Origin: an uncultured Gammaproteobacteria bacterium
Lineage (GTDB): Bacteria; Pseudomonadota; Gammaproteobacteria; DRLM01
NCBI GenBank assembly: GCA_963729605.1
Contig: CAVSNY010000006.1
Location: 64,001-128,000, forward strand
DNA length: 64,000 nucleotides
Direction of reading: 5' to 3'
Positions 21,055-31,494 of the stretch are shown piece by piece. A program made the translations under genes and the position numbers. Each line of letters begins with the position of its first letter. The stretch's first letter is position 1. The notes under the pieces were generated by a model. It was not told the origin of the DNA, searched no databases, and worked only from the letters and a program-made list of their open reading frames with translations.

Positions 21055-22704
21055 TTAAAAATGCGCCCAATCGACCTGGGGACCGGTCTCCTCCAGCCAG
21101 CGGGTAAGCTGTTCGGCGGTCAGGGGCCGACTGATGTAATAACCTTGCGCGAAGTCGCAGCCCAGGGCGGACAACAAACACCAAGTCTTGTAAGACACCA
21201 CGCCTTCCGCAACGGTCTTTAAACCGAGGTTATGTGCGAGATCGACCGTGGCGTGCACGATCACGCTGTCATCATTATCCTCGCTCATGTTGAGGATGAA
21301 GGATTTGTCGATCTTGAGTTCATGCACCGGCAATTGCTTGAGATAGGTCAGCGACGAATAGCCGGTGCCGAAATCGTCGATGGACAGCTTGATGCCGAAG
21401 CCGTGCAATTGATCGAGCACTTTGAGGGCGTGCTGCGGATCGGTCATCACCGCGCTCTCGGTAATCTCCAAATCCAGCCATTCGGGTTTGGCGCTGCAAC
21501 CGCTGAGTACATCCAATAATTGATCGGGCAGATCCTCGTCCTGCAGATTGCACACCGAGAGATTGATCGCGACGTTCAAGGGATAACCGCTGGCCCGCCA
21601 TTTCGCGCATTGCGCCATGGCGGTGCGGGTCACCCACAAACCCAACGGCCGGATGAAGCCGGACTGTTCGGCGAGATGGATGAAACTGTCGGGCGACAAT
21701 AAATCATAGTGGGGATGTTGCCAGCGCACCAAGGCCTCGACGCTGATCATCCTGCCTGACTTCATGTCCACTTTCGGCTGGTAGTGCAGCACCAGTTCGT
21801 TATTTTCCAGGGCTTGGTGCAGTTCGCTTTTGAGTTTGAGATTATTGGGGCTGCGAGGCTGTTCCGGGTGGTAGGTGGCCTGCGAGTCGTGGGAATCCTT
21901 GGCCGTGCTCATGGCCAGGTCGGCGTGCTGGATTAAGGCCTGGGCGTCTTTGCCGTGGGCCGGATACAGCGCGATGCCGAGACTGGCGCTGAGCTGTATC
22001 CGCTGTCCCTCCACCTCCAAAGGTTCGCGCACCGCCTGCAATAACTTGGCGGCGACTTGTCTGGCCTGATCGACGGATTCGGTGGTGGGCAACAGCACCG
22101 CGAATTCATCGCCGCCCAGCCGCGCCACGGTATCCGATTCGCGCAGTTCGCCGGACAGGCGCGATGCCAATTGCTGCAACACCCAATCACCGGCGTAGTG
22201 GCCGTATTGATCGTTGACGTCGTGAAAATCGTCGAGATCGATGATGAACAATGTGAAGGGACTGCCGAGACGCTTGCCGGTGAGTATGCTTTGGTGCAGG
22301 CGGTCGTAAAACAAGATGCGGTTGGGCAAACCGGTCAGGGAATCGTAGACCACCTGATATTCCAAGGCCGCGCGTTTGGTGACCCGTTCGCCGACGTCGC
22401 GAATCAGCAAAATAAAAAAACTGCCTTTATCGCACAAGGACTCGCTCAACACCACCTCCACCGGGATGGTGGTGCCGTCGCGGCGATGGGCCTTGGCTTC
22501 GTAGCTGTTCTCCAAAGGCCGCGAGGACTGGCTGAGTTCGGCGGCCAGGTACAGCCCCGGTATCAGCAATTCGATATTGCGGCCCTTCACATCGCTCAAG
22601 TCATAACGGAAGATTTCTTGGGCAACGGCGTTAAGCGATTCGATGGCGCCCTGATCATTAATGATGACTATGCCATCGTAGCGAGACTTGAGGGCTTTTT
22701 TCAC
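21055..22704 (-). CDS. PAS-GGDEF-EAL diguanylate cyclase/phosphodiesterase
   Basis: DSLTGLPNR, RLGGDEF, YQPK, EALVRW, IDDFGTGYSSL, VAEGV. Confidence 0.95.
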   Translation of the reverse strand: MKKALKSRYDGIVIINDQGAIESLNAVAQEIFRYDLSDVKGRNIELLIPGLYLAAELSQSSRPLENSYEAKAHRRDGTTIPVEVVLSESLCDKGSFFILLIRDVGERVTKRAALEYQVVYDSLTGLPNRILFYDRLHQSILTGKRLGSPFTLFIIDLDDFHDVNDQYGHYAGDWVLQQLASRLSGELRESDTVARLGGDEFAVLLPTTESVDQARQVAAKLLQAVREPLEVEGQRIQLSASLGIALYPAHGKDAQALIQHADLAMSTAKDSHDSQATYHPEQPRSPNNLKLKSELHQALENNELVLHYQPKVDMKSGRMISVEALVRWQHPHYDLLSPDSFIHLAEQSGFIRPLGLWVTRTAMAQCAKWRASGYPLNVAINLSVCNLQDEDLPDQLLDVLSGCSAKPEWLDLEITESAVMTDPQHALKVLDQLHGFGIKLSIDDFGTGYSSLTYLKQLPVHELKIDKSFILNMSEDNDDSVIVHATVDLAHNLGLKTVAEGVVSYKTWCLLSALGCDFAQGYYISRPLTAEQLTRWLEETGPQVDWAHF

Positions 22705-22876
22705 GAGTGTGGTCCTTTATCCGAGCTGCGCTGAGGCGCTGAGGCGCCACGTCCCGACATGGCGTATGTAACCGTAAGTCATAAAACGGCGGGGGGATGA
22801 AAATCTTTAGCTTGGGACGGCTAGGGCTTTTACTAAAATCGGCGCCGGCCGCGGTGAAAACGACGAATCGGCCGGC

Positions 22877-25543
22877 TCACGCCGTGGCCTGGGCCTGCTG
22901 GGCGATCAAGGCCTTGAGTTCGGGGATACAGGAACCGCAATTGGTGCCGGCCTTGAGCGCCTGGCCGATGGCCTCGGCCGTCACCAGACCCTGCTGACGG
23001 ATGGCGCGGCTGAGGGTGTTGCTGCCCACGCCGAAACAACTGCACACGATGCGGCCGGCGTCCGGGCGGTCCTTGGGCGGCACGCCGGTGAGCAGGCTCA
23101 GCCGATCCTGCGGGGTCAAGGTTTCCTGCGCGAATAATTGCCCCAGCCAACTGCGCGGCGGCAGCTCGTTGCCCGGGGCGACGAACACGCAACTCTCCAC
23201 CCGCCGCCCCACCAGGCGCACACCGCGATAACGTCCGGCGCCGGCGTCGAGGTATTCCACCCATTCCTTGCCGGCCTGTTCTTCGCTGCAAAGCAGCGCG
23301 CGCGCCCAACGACCCCAATCGTCGGCAACGGTTTCACCGGCCAGTTCGTAACGCCAGAATTGCTGGCCGGGCGCCATCACCCAATATTCCAGCGCGGGGA
23401 GTTGCAGCCGGCGCCGTGACAAGATGAAGCCCTGCCATTTAGGTTGGTAGGCTTCCACCTGCACCGGCGTGTGTTTCAACTCCGGCTGGCCGGACACGGG
23501 ATCGGACTCGGGGTTGACCAGGGCGTCCACCCGGCCGCGCGCGGCGAACTGGTCGGTCCAATGCATGGGCACGAACACCTGGCCCGCCTGTTGTCCGTCG
23601 TTGCAGACGGCGCGGGCGAACATCTCGCCCCAGCGGCTGCGCAGACGAAGCAGCGCGCCGTCTTTGACGCGCAAACGCGCCGCGTCGCGCGGATGCAATT
23701 CCGCGTAGGGTTCCAAGGTATGCGCGGAAAGCCGCGGCGACTTGCCGGTGCGGGTCAGGGTGTGCCAGTGATCGCGTACCCGGCCGGTGTTGAGCACGAA
23801 GGGGTATTCAACGTCGGTGGCATGCACCGGCGCGCGCGGCGTCACCGCCACCAAACGGGCCATGCCGCTGGCGGTGAAGAAGCGGCCGTCGCCGAACAGC
23901 CGCGACGTGCCCGCCGGTTGCGCCGCGCTCACCGGCCATTGGATCGGCTGCAAGTCGGCGTAGGCCGCGTCACTCAACTCGGCGAGGCCGGAGAGATCGA
24001 AGTCGCGCGTGCCGTGATTTTCAAAACCGCTCAAGGCGGCGTGTTCGCGGAACACCGCGGCCGCGCTGTCATAGTCGAAGGCCGCGCCGTGACCCAAACG
24101 CCGCGCCACTTCGCTGACCATCCGCCAATCGGCTTTGGCCTCGCCCGGCGGCGGCAGAAAGGCGCACTGGCGCGAGATGCGCCGCTCCGAATTGGTGACC
24201 GTGCCTTCTTTTTCACCCCAGGCCAGCGCGGGCAGCAAGACATGGGCGAGCGCGGTGGTGTCGGTGCGGGCGATGCAATCGGACACCACCACCAGTTCGC
24301 AGCGCCGCAAGGCGTCGCGCACCCGGTCGGCGTCGGGCATGCTCACCACCGGATTGGTGGCCATGATCCACACCGCCTTGATGCGGCCGTCGCCGATGGC
24401 TTGAAACATGTCCACCGCCTTCAGGCCCGCTTGAGTGGCGATGCGCGGCGCCTGCCAAAAACGGCGCACGCGATCGACATCGGCTTCGGCGAAATCCATG
24501 TGCGCGGCGAGTTGATTGGCGAGGCCGCCGACCTCGCGCCCGCCCATGGCGTTGGGCTGACCGGTCACCGAAAACGGCCCCATGCCGGGCCGGCCGATGC
24601 GGCCGGTCGCGAGGTGGCAGTTGATGATGGCGTTGACCTTGTCGGTGCCGCTGCTGGATTGATTGATGCCTTGCGAATAGACCGTCACGGTCTTTTCGGT
24701 GCGGGCGAACAGGCCGTAAAACTCCGCCACGGCTTCTTCATTTAAGCCGCAGGCCGCCGCGACGGCGGGAATGGTCGCGGCGCCGTCGCGCGCCGCTTGC
24801 AACGCCTGTCCGTAATTTTCGGTGTGGCCTTCGAGAAAATTGAAATCGGCGCGGCCGTTCTGGAATAAATAGGCGAGCAGACCATTGAACAAGACCGCGT
24901 CGCTGCCGGATTTCAGAGGCAGGTGCAGATCGGCGATGTCGCAGGTCGCGGTGCGGCGCGGATCGACGACGATGAGTTTGCGTTTGGGATTCTGCTCTTT
25001 CGCGGCGCGGATACGCTGAAACAACACCGGATGACACCAGGCGGTGTTGGAGCCCACCAGCACCAGCAACTCGGCCTGCTCCAGGTCTTCATAATTTCCC
25101 GGCACGCTGTCGCTGCCGAAGGCGCGTTTATGGCCGGCCACGCTGGACGACATGCACAAACGCGAATTGGTGTCGATGTTGGCCGAACCGATGAAACCTT
25201 TCATCAGCTTGTTGGCGACGTAATAATCCTCGGTGAGCAGTTGCCCGGAAACGTAAAAGGCCACGGCGTCGGGCCCGTGCCGGTCGATGATGCGGCGGAA
25301 GCCGGCGGCGACATGTTCAAGCGCCGCATCCCAACTCACGCGTTCACCACCGACCTGCGGATACAGGAGGCGGCCGTCGAGATCGACGGTCTCGCCCAGG
25401 GCGGAACCTTTGGAACACAAACGGCCGAAATTGGCGGGGTGCTGCTCGTCGCCTTTGATGCCTACGCGATAAGTCTCTCCCGGCGTGGCCAACACGCCGC
25501 AGCCGACACCACAATACGGACAGGTCGTGCGCACCGCTGCCAT
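22877..25543 (-). CDS. nasA: assimilatory nitrate reductase catalytic subunit
   Basis: TCPYCGVGC..RLCSKG, SGQLLTEDYY, DTNSRLCM, TGQPNAMGGRE, C-terminal CSCF..GTNCGSC. Confidence 0.95.
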   Translation of the reverse strand: MAAVRTTCPYCGVGCGVLATPGETYRVGIKGDEQHPANFGRLCSKGSALGETVDLDGRLLYPQVGGERVSWDAALEHVAAGFRRIIDRHGPDAVAFYVSGQLLTEDYYVANKLMKGFIGSANIDTNSRLCMSSSVAGHKRAFGSDSVPGNYEDLEQAELLVLVGSNTAWCHPVLFQRIRAAKEQNPKRKLIVVDPRRTATCDIADLHLPLKSGSDAVLFNGLLAYLFQNGRADFNFLEGHTENYGQALQAARDGAATIPAVAAACGLNEEAVAEFYGLFARTEKTVTVYSQGINQSSSGTDKVNAIINCHLATGRIGRPGMGPFSVTGQPNAMGGREVGGLANQLAAHMDFAEADVDRVRRFWQAPRIATQAGLKAVDMFQAIGDGRIKAVWIMATNPVVSMPDADRVRDALRRCELVVVSDCIARTDTTALAHVLLPALAWGEKEGTVTNSERRISRQCAFLPPPGEAKADWRMVSEVARRLGHGAAFDYDSAAAVFREHAALSGFENHGTRDFDLSGLAELSDAAYADLQPIQWPVSAAQPAGTSRLFGDGRFFTASGMARLVAVTPRAPVHATDVEYPFVLNTGRVRDHWHTLTRTGKSPRLSAHTLEPYAELHPRDAARLRVKDGALLRLRSRWGEMFARAVCNDGQQAGQVFVPMHWTDQFAARGRVDALVNPESDPVSGQPELKHTPVQVEAYQPKWQGFILSRRRLQLPALEYWVMAPGQQFWRYELAGETVADDWGRWARALLCSEEQAGKEWVEYLDAGAGRYRGVRLVGRRVESCVFVAPGNELPPRSWLGQLFAQETLTPQDRLSLLTGVPPKDRPDAGRIVCSCFGVGSNTLSRAIRQQGLVTAEAIGQALKAGTNCGSCIPELKALIAQQAQATA

Positions 25544-25553
25544 GGGCAACTCC

Positions 25554-25910
25554 TCAACGCGCGGCGCGCGCGCCGGCCAGTTGCAGATACACCACGCCGT
25601 CTTCCACTTTGACGGGATAGGAACCAGTCTGGCCTTGGTCGGGGGCCACCGCGCAGCCGCTGTTCAACTCGATGCACCAGTTGTGCAGCGGGCAGGCGAC
25701 CTTATGATCGAAGACGATGCCTTGCGACAACGGCCCGCCTTTGTGCGGACAACGGTCGTCGAGGGCGAAGACGTGATCGTCGCCGGCGCGGAACACCGCC
25801 ACGTCGCCGCGCGCCGTGCGCACCACCCGCGCGCCGAGGCGCGGGATGTCTTCCAGCCTGCCCACTTCCAACCAATCGTCCATCGTCAACACCGTTGCTG
25901 CACTGCTCAC
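25554..25910 (-). CDS. nirD: nitrite reductase small (Rieske) subunit
   Basis: CPHKGGPLSQG..VACPLHNW; lies between nirB and nasA. Confidence 0.93.
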   Translation of the reverse strand: MSSAATVLTMDDWLEVGRLEDIPRLGARVVRTARGDVAVFRAGDDHVFALDDRCPHKGGPLSQGIVFDHKVACPLHNWCIELNSGCAVAPDQGQTGSYPVKVEDGVVYLQLAGARAAR

Positions 25911-25986
25911 ATCACACCTTTCATTACTATTGATCCGGCATCAAATACATCTGATTTAGGGCATCCCTCTGCCGACGGGGCCCTTT

Positions 25987-26071
25987 CCCCTCTCCCCTAC
26001 CCCTCTCCCGCTAGGGGAGAGGGGATGCATTTAAGTGACTGTGGAGTTTTTTCCCCTCGGCACTTGGGAGA
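25987..26071. repeat. BoxC-like palindromic repeat between nirB and nirD
   Basis: CCCCTCTCCCCTACCCCTCTCCCGCTAGGGGAGAGGGG plus a degenerate copy at about 26051; same motif at 41035-41223 and 49217. Confidence 0.7.
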
Positions 26072-26117
26072 TGGACGTTGCTTTCAAAATCCAATCCGAC
26101 ATCGTGTCGGCGCTTGC

Positions 26118-28559
26118 CTATTGCGCCACCTGCTTGAGCGGTACGAACTCGTGACGATCGACGCCATGCTCCGCGCGCTCGGCCCAGGGATCCACCTGCG
26201 CCAATTTCTGCGAGTCGAGGAAGCGCCGGTACAATTCCTTGCGGCCCGCCGCGTCTTCCACCACGCGTTGTTTCACATACGACAATCCCACCCGTTCGAT
26301 CCACGGCGCGGTGCGTTCGAGATACTGCGCTTCTTCGCGGTAGACCTGCATGAAGGCGCCGCAGTATTCCATCACTTCTTCTTCGGTCTGCACTTTGCAC
26401 AGCAGATCGGTGACGCGCACCTTGATGCCGCCGTTGCCGCCGACGTGCAGCTCGTAACCGGAATCGACGCACACCACGCCGTAATCCTTGATGGTCGCCT
26501 CGGCGCAATTGCGCGGACAGCCCGACACGGCGATCTTGAATTTGTGCGGCGTCCACGAGCCCCAGGTCATCTTTTCGATCTTGATGCCGAGACCGGTGGA
26601 GTCCTGGGTGCCGAAGCGGCACCACTCCGAACCCACGCAGGTCTTCACGGTGCGCAGTGATTTGCCGTAGGCGTGACCCGACACGAAGCCGGCTTGATTG
26701 AGATCGCCCCACATCCGCGGCAGGTCTTCTTTTTTCACGCCCAATAAATCGATGCGCTGACCGCCGGTGATCTTCACCGTCGGCACTTGGTATTTGTCCG
26801 CCACCTCGGCGATGGCGCGCAGTTCCGCCGGTGTGGTCACCCCGCCCCAGATGCGCGGTACCACCGAATAGGTGCCGTCCTTTTGGATGTTGGCGTGGGC
26901 GCGCTCGTTGATGAAACGCGATTGATAGTCGTCCTGCACTTCGTTCGGCCAGGCCGCGATCAAATAGTAATTGAGCGCGGGGCGGCATTTGGCGCAGCCG
27001 TCCGCTGAACGCCATTCGCAGAAATCCATCACCGCGCGGATGCTGGTGAGGTGTTGCTCGCCGATCGCTTTGCGCACTTTTTCGTGGGTGTGATCGGTAC
27101 AACCACACATGGGTTTTTCTTTCGGCGAGGCCGAATAATCACCCACTGTGTTGGCGAGCAATTGTTCGACCAGGCCGGTGCAGGAACCGCAGGATGCCGA
27201 GGCCTTGGTGTGAGCGCGCACGTCGTCGAGAGTGAACAAGCCTTTCTCGGTGATGGCCTTGACGATGGCGCCTTTGCACACGCCATTGCAGCCGCAGATC
27301 TCGGCGCTGTCCGCCATCATCGCCACGGCGCTTTGGCCGCCGTGGCCGGAGTCGCCGAGATGGGCCTGGCCGAACAGCAGACCGGCGCGGATGTCCGAAA
27401 CGTCGGCGCCGTCGCGCATCAACTGGAAATACCAGGCGCCGTCCACGGTGTCGCCGTAGAGCACCGCGCCCTCGATCTTGTTGTCCTTGAGCACTAACTT
27501 TTTATAGACGCCGTGGCCGGGGTCTTTATAGACGATGTCCTCGCAGCCTTCGCCACCCACGTAATTGCCGGCGGAGAACAAGTCGATGCCGGTCACCTTG
27601 AGTTTGGTCGAGGTCACCGACCCCCGGTAACGGGAGTAACCGAAACCGGCGAGGTGGTTGGCGCAGACCTTGGCCTGCTCGAACAACGGCGCCACCAAAC
27701 CATACGAGGTGCCGCGATGCTGCACGCACTCGCCCACCGCGTAGACCCGCGGATCGTAGGTCTGCATGGTGTCGTTGACGATCACCCCGCGTTCGCAATG
27801 CAGGCCGATCTTTTTCGCCAGTTCGGCGTTGGGGCGGATACCCACCGCCATCACCACCAGATCGGCCTCGACCTCGCTGCCGTCTTTAAACCGCACGCCG
27901 CGCACGCGGTCGTCGCCGATGATCGCGGCGGTCTGCGCGCCCATCAAAAATTTAAGGCCGCGTTGTTCCAGCGACGATTTGAGCAGCATGGCAGCGGGTT
28001 GGTCCAATTGTCTTTCCATCAAGGTATCGAGCAGGTGCACCACGCTGACTTCCATGCCCTGCTTAAGCAGGCCGTTGGCGGCTTCGAGGCCCAGCAAACC
28101 GCCGCCGATCACCACCGCGCGGCGCTGCTGTCGGCTGGCCGCCAACATGGCATTCACGTCGTGAATATCGCGGAAGCTGACCACGCCCGGCAACTCGTGC
28201 CCCGGCACGGGGATGATGAAGGGATTGGAACCGGTGGCGAGCAGCAGGCGGTCATAAGGCGCCACCGTGCCATCTTCGGCGATGACCTGGCGCCGTGCGC
28301 GATTCACCTCCACCACCTTCTTGCCTTTATGTAAGGTGATTTGATTATCGCGATACCATTGCTCGTCGTTGAGCATGATGTCGTTGATGGTCTTCTCGCC
28401 GGCCAGCACCGGCGACAATAAAATGCGGTTGTAATTGCCGTACGGCTCGGCGCCGAACACAGTAATCTCATAACGCTCGGGGGCCAGCGCCAGCAGCTCT
28501 TCCAAGGTCCGCACGCCCGCCATGCCGTTACCGATCAATACCAACTTCTCTTTCGACAT
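26118..28559 (-). CDS. nirB: NAD(P)H nitrite reductase large subunit
   Basis: IGNGMAG, GGGLLGLEAA, ICGCNGV, CGSC, VKTCVG...SGCPRNCAE siroheme motif; likely start MSKEKL at 28559. Confidence 0.96.
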   Translation of the reverse strand: MSKEKLVLIGNGMAGVRTLEELLALAPERYEITVFGAEPYGNYNRILLSPVLAGEKTINDIMLNDEQWYRDNQITLHKGKKVVEVNRARRQVIAEDGTVAPYDRLLLATGSNPFIIPVPGHELPGVVSFRDIHDVNAMLAASRQQRRAVVIGGGLLGLEAANGLLKQGMEVSVVHLLDTLMERQLDQPAAMLLKSSLEQRGLKFLMGAQTAAIIGDDRVRGVRFKDGSEVEADLVVMAVGIRPNAELAKKIGLHCERGVIVNDTMQTYDPRVYAVGECVQHRGTSYGLVAPLFEQAKVCANHLAGFGYSRYRGSVTSTKLKVTGIDLFSAGNYVGGEGCEDIVYKDPGHGVYKKLVLKDNKIEGAVLYGDTVDGAWYFQLMRDGADVSDIRAGLLFGQAHLGDSGHGGQSAVAMMADSAEICGCNGVCKGAIVKAITEKGLFTLDDVRAHTKASASCGSCTGLVEQLLANTVGDYSASPKEKPMCGCTDHTHEKVRKAIGEQHLTSIRAVMDFCEWRSADGCAKCRPALNYYLIAAWPNEVQDDYQSRFINERAHANIQKDGTYSVVPRIWGGVTTPAELRAIAEVADKYQVPTVKITGGQRIDLLGVKKEDLPRMWGDLNQAGFVSGHAYGKSLRTVKTCVGSEWCRFGTQDSTGLGIKIEKMTWGSWTPHKFKIAVSGCPRNCAEATIKDYGVVCVDSGYELHVGGNGGIKVRVTDLLCKVQTEEEVMEYCGAFMQVYREEAQYLERTAPWIERVGLSYVKQRVVEDAAGRKELYRRFLDSQKLAQVDPWAERAEHGVDRHEFVPLKQVAQ

Positions 28560-28601
28560 CTGTTCCCCGCTCACAAAAATACCGGCATCTGCCCTTAAGG
28601 G

Positions 28602-28617
28602 AGCAACATGCATGCCA
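28602..28617 (-). promoter_or_regulatory. sigma-54 promoter of nirB-nirD-nasA
   Basis: TGGCATGCATGTTGCT; NtrC-like TGCACCA half-sites at about 28703 and 28726. Confidence 0.8.
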
Positions 28618-28867
28618 GCAATTGGGGCAAGGCCCGCAAGCCGGCTAAGGCGTTGATGGCTATTAACGAGGCCGGCTAAATAAGCGCTGTGCTCGCCCGG
28701 CATGCACCAACATCGCATCGGCGTATGCACCAAATGGCTACCCGAGGGGTGAGCCGAGCCCACATTTAGTGCGCCCGGTTTACAAGCCGTTAACGCCTGG
28801 ACGCCGCGCCGCGCACTGTGGCATGGTGATACGCGCACCGCGTTATAAATTTTTAAGACCAAAGAAC

Positions 28868-29584
28868 ATGAAACCGATTTATATCTTCCGGCACCTCGTC
28901 TGCGAAGGCCCCGGTTATTTCGCTGAGTTTCTCGAACGGCAACAGATGCCTTACCGGATCGTCGCCATCGATCAGAGCGAAGCCGTCCCAACCAATCTCG
29001 ACGCGATGAGCGGGCTGGTGTTCATGGGCGGCTCCATGAGCGTGAACGATCCCTTGCCGTGGATCGCCGCGGAGCTCAAGTTGATTCAACAAGCCCATGA
29101 AAACGGCATGCCGGTGCTGGGCCATTGTCTCGGCGGACAATTGATCGCCAAGGCCCTCGGTGCCCAGGTACGCGCCAATGCCGTAGCGGAGATCGGCTGG
29201 CACCCCGTGGAAAAAACCGCCGCGGATTCGGCATGGCTTACGAGTCTGCCGCCTCGCTTCGAGGTGTTTCATTGGCACGGCGAGACCTTCGATATCCCCG
29301 CCGGCGCCACCCGTTTATTGCGCAGCGCCTGGTGCGAGAATCAGGCCTTCACCCTCGACTCGCTGCTGGCCTTCCAGTGCCATGTGGAAATGACCGCGCC
29401 CATGGTGCGCGAGTGGGCGGACCTCGGTCGTGAAAGCTTGGCGAAACCTAGCGCCAGCGTGCAGAGCTACGAGGCGATCGTCGCCGCGGCGGAGGAACGC
29501 GCGAGAAACTTGCAGACCATCGCCGAGGCGTTTTATCTACCCTGGCTGGCCCGGGTGCGGGCGCGGGCGGCGGGCCGGGTTTGA
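28868..29584 (+). CDS. class I glutamine amidotransferase (GMP-synthase-like)
   Basis: HLVCEGPG, MGGSMS, GHCLGGQL, HWHGETF, QCHVE catalytic triad. Confidence 0.9.
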   Translation: MKPIYIFRHLVCEGPGYFAEFLERQQMPYRIVAIDQSEAVPTNLDAMSGLVFMGGSMSVNDPLPWIAAELKLIQQAHENGMPVLGHCLGGQLIAKALGAQVRANAVAEIGWHPVEKTAADSAWLTSLPPRFEVFHWHGETFDIPAGATRLLRSAWCENQAFTLDSLLAFQCHVEMTAPMVREWADLGRESLAKPSASVQSYEAIVAAAEERARNLQTIAEAFYLPWLARVRARAAGRV

Positions 29585-29624
29585 TTTGCCGATCTATCCG
29601 CGCGCGGCCGACAGCTCGCGCAAC

Positions 29625-30206
29625 TCACCCGGCCGCGGCCAAGTCCTGCGGGGTATTGATGTTGACGAAGGCGCGGGGTTCATCGCTGAAATCCACCGGC
29701 ACATGGCGGCATTGCTGTAACCAACCCATCGCCGATCCGTCACTGTTCGCAAGATAAGCGCTCAAGTCGGCTTCAAGGTCACGATTCAATAAGACGCAGA
29801 GGGGTTGCATCCGTCCCGCGCCGAAAGCCACCGCGGCGTCGGCCGGTTCCGCCTCCAAAGCGGCGGCGAGACGTCCCACCAAGTGGCCGGATAGAAACGG
29901 CGTATCACAGGGCGCCACCATCAAATAAGGGGTCTTCACCTGCGCGAGGCCGCTGGCGATGCCGGCCAGCGGCCCGCAATAATCAGCATGGTGATCGACT
30001 ACTACAGGCCGGCCCCAGCTCCGATAGCGGGGCAGATGGCGGTTGGCGCTGATCAGCAACGTCCCCACTTGCGGCGCCAGCGCCTCGATGACATGGGCGA
30101 TCAGCGGCCGGCCTTGGAACATCAGCAAACCCTTGTCCGCGCCGTTCATGCGCCGGCCGCGGCCGCCGGCGAGGATGAGGCCGGTAATGTCATCGCGGGG
30201 GATCAT
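29625..30206 (-). CDS. mobA: molybdenum cofactor guanylyltransferase
   Basis: LAGGRGRRM.G.DKG, GPLAGI, PCDTP, NINTPQD. Confidence 0.93.
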   Translation of the reverse strand: MIPRDDITGLILAGGRGRRMNGADKGLLMFQGRPLIAHVIEALAPQVGTLLISANRHLPRYRSWGRPVVVDHHADYCGPLAGIASGLAQVKTPYLMVAPCDTPFLSGHLVGRLAAALEAEPADAAVAFGAGRMQPLCVLLNRDLEADLSAYLANSDGSAMGWLQQCRHVPVDFSDEPRAFVNINTPQDLAAAG

Positions 30207-30233
30207 GCGGGCTCAAGTACAGGGGCTACTCAT

Positions 30234-30764
30234 TCACTCGCGGCGCAGGCGAGGCAACAATTGCACGAAGTTGCAGGGCTTGTGGCGGCTGTCGAATTGA
30301 TCTTTGAGGATGGCGTCCCACGCCACCTGGCAAGCGTGGGTGGAACCCGGCACGCAGAAAATGAAAGTGGCGTTGGCGATACCCGCCATCACCCGGGATT
30401 GCACGGTGGAGGAACCGATCTCTCGATGGGAAACGGCACGGAATACTTCGCCGAAGCCGTCGATGATTTTATCCAGTAAAGGAGCGATGGCCTCCGGGGT
30501 GCGATCGCGGTCGGTCAAGCCGGTGCCGCCGGTGACGATCACCGCCTGCACCGCCGCGTCGGCGATCCAACGCGAGACCAGGGCGCGAATCTGATAAACA
30601 TTGTCCGGCAGTATCACCTTCTCCACCAGCCGATGCCCCGCGGCGCCGAGCCGTTCGGCCAGCAAACGCCCGGAGGTATCGGTGTCCTCGGTACGGGTGT
30701 CCGAGACGGTAAGCACCGCAATATTGATAGGAATGAATTCAAGCGTTTCGCTGGCACCCGCCAT
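30234..30764 (-). CDS. moaB: molybdenum cofactor biosynthesis protein B
   Basis: AVLTVSDTR, TGGTG.T.RD.TPEA, GFGEVFR, QSR, PGS..AC, PCNF. Confidence 0.93.
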   Translation of the reverse strand: MAGASETLEFIPINIAVLTVSDTRTEDTDTSGRLLAERLGAAGHRLVEKVILPDNVYQIRALVSRWIADAAVQAVIVTGGTGLTDRDRTPEAIAPLLDKIIDGFGEVFRAVSHREIGSSTVQSRVMAGIANATFIFCVPGSTHACQVAWDAILKDQFDSRHKPCNFVQLLPRLRRE

Positions 30765-31133
30765 GACTGACCACCTCATTGCACTGTAAAAATAATTTTC
30801 TCAAACATCCGTATTTCGCGGCGGATCATTGTAGGGCGTCCCGTGCCGCGCGGCTATGGGTAGGCGGGCGGATAAAGGTCGACGGCGCGTCTCGATCACA
30901 CTGAAAGCGGACACACGGGCTATGCGTTCTTAAACATCAGCGATAAATACATCGCGGGATGACATATATGTCCTCTTCGGGTAGGGCACGCAATGTGCCG
31001 AGAGCGGATATATGAACGCTGCCGCGATATCGTCCATCTAAGCCGGCGATCCCCGTAATCTCCGGCCATTCAGACTCGCCGACGTAATCGAAACTTTAAC
31101 CAAGAGTGCCGTCTATGCCTAAAGCAATTTCCT

Positions 31134-31191
31134 GTGTTACCGATATTGATTTAGTAATACTTGAGTGCTATCTTAAAAATTACTGTGTCAC
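31134..31191. promoter_or_regulatory. two tandem NikR-like operators
   Basis: GTGTTA-N15-TAATAC (31134-31160) and GTGCTA-N15-TGTCAC (31165-31191), upstream of porin/DUF4198 genes. Confidence 0.55.
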
Positions 31192-31215
31192 GACTTATCC
31201 GGGAAGGAGCATCTT

Positions 31216-31494
31216 ATGGCATGTGATACCACCCCAAACTATCGTGGCCCGCGAATTAAAGCCGCCTTTGAACGCATGGTCCAAGATTTATTGAGAGCGA
31301 GAGAAGCAAATTGTCATGCCCCGACAAAATGGACAGATTCCCCATTAAACCGGGAAGAGCGTAGACCAGGGAAGGTCGTCCCTTTTGCGTCAGGGCGTTG
31401 GGAATCCGGGCAAAAATCAATCATGAAAACGCCTGCCGGTGCGCCGGCAACGCTGCATTCCAACCGGCCACACCCTACACGGGGCACGCGGTAG
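31216..31494 (+). CDS. small hypothetical protein (92 aa)
   Basis: SD AAGGAG before the ATG; directly follows the operator pair; no family recognised. Confidence 0.4.
   Translation: MACDTTPNYRGPRIKAAFERMVQDLLRAREANCHAPTKWTDSPLNREERRPGKVVPFASGRWESGQKSIMKTPAGAPATLHSNRPHPTRGTR

Noticed and set aside
28560-28991. N-terminal extension of NirB (957-aa ORF)
   Set aside because: It covers the sigma-54 promoter and the divergent gene; homology begins at MSKEKL.
30780-31030. Moco riboswitch upstream of moaB-mobA
   Set aside because: I could not match the conserved Moco RNA features by eye; an Infernal search would be needed.
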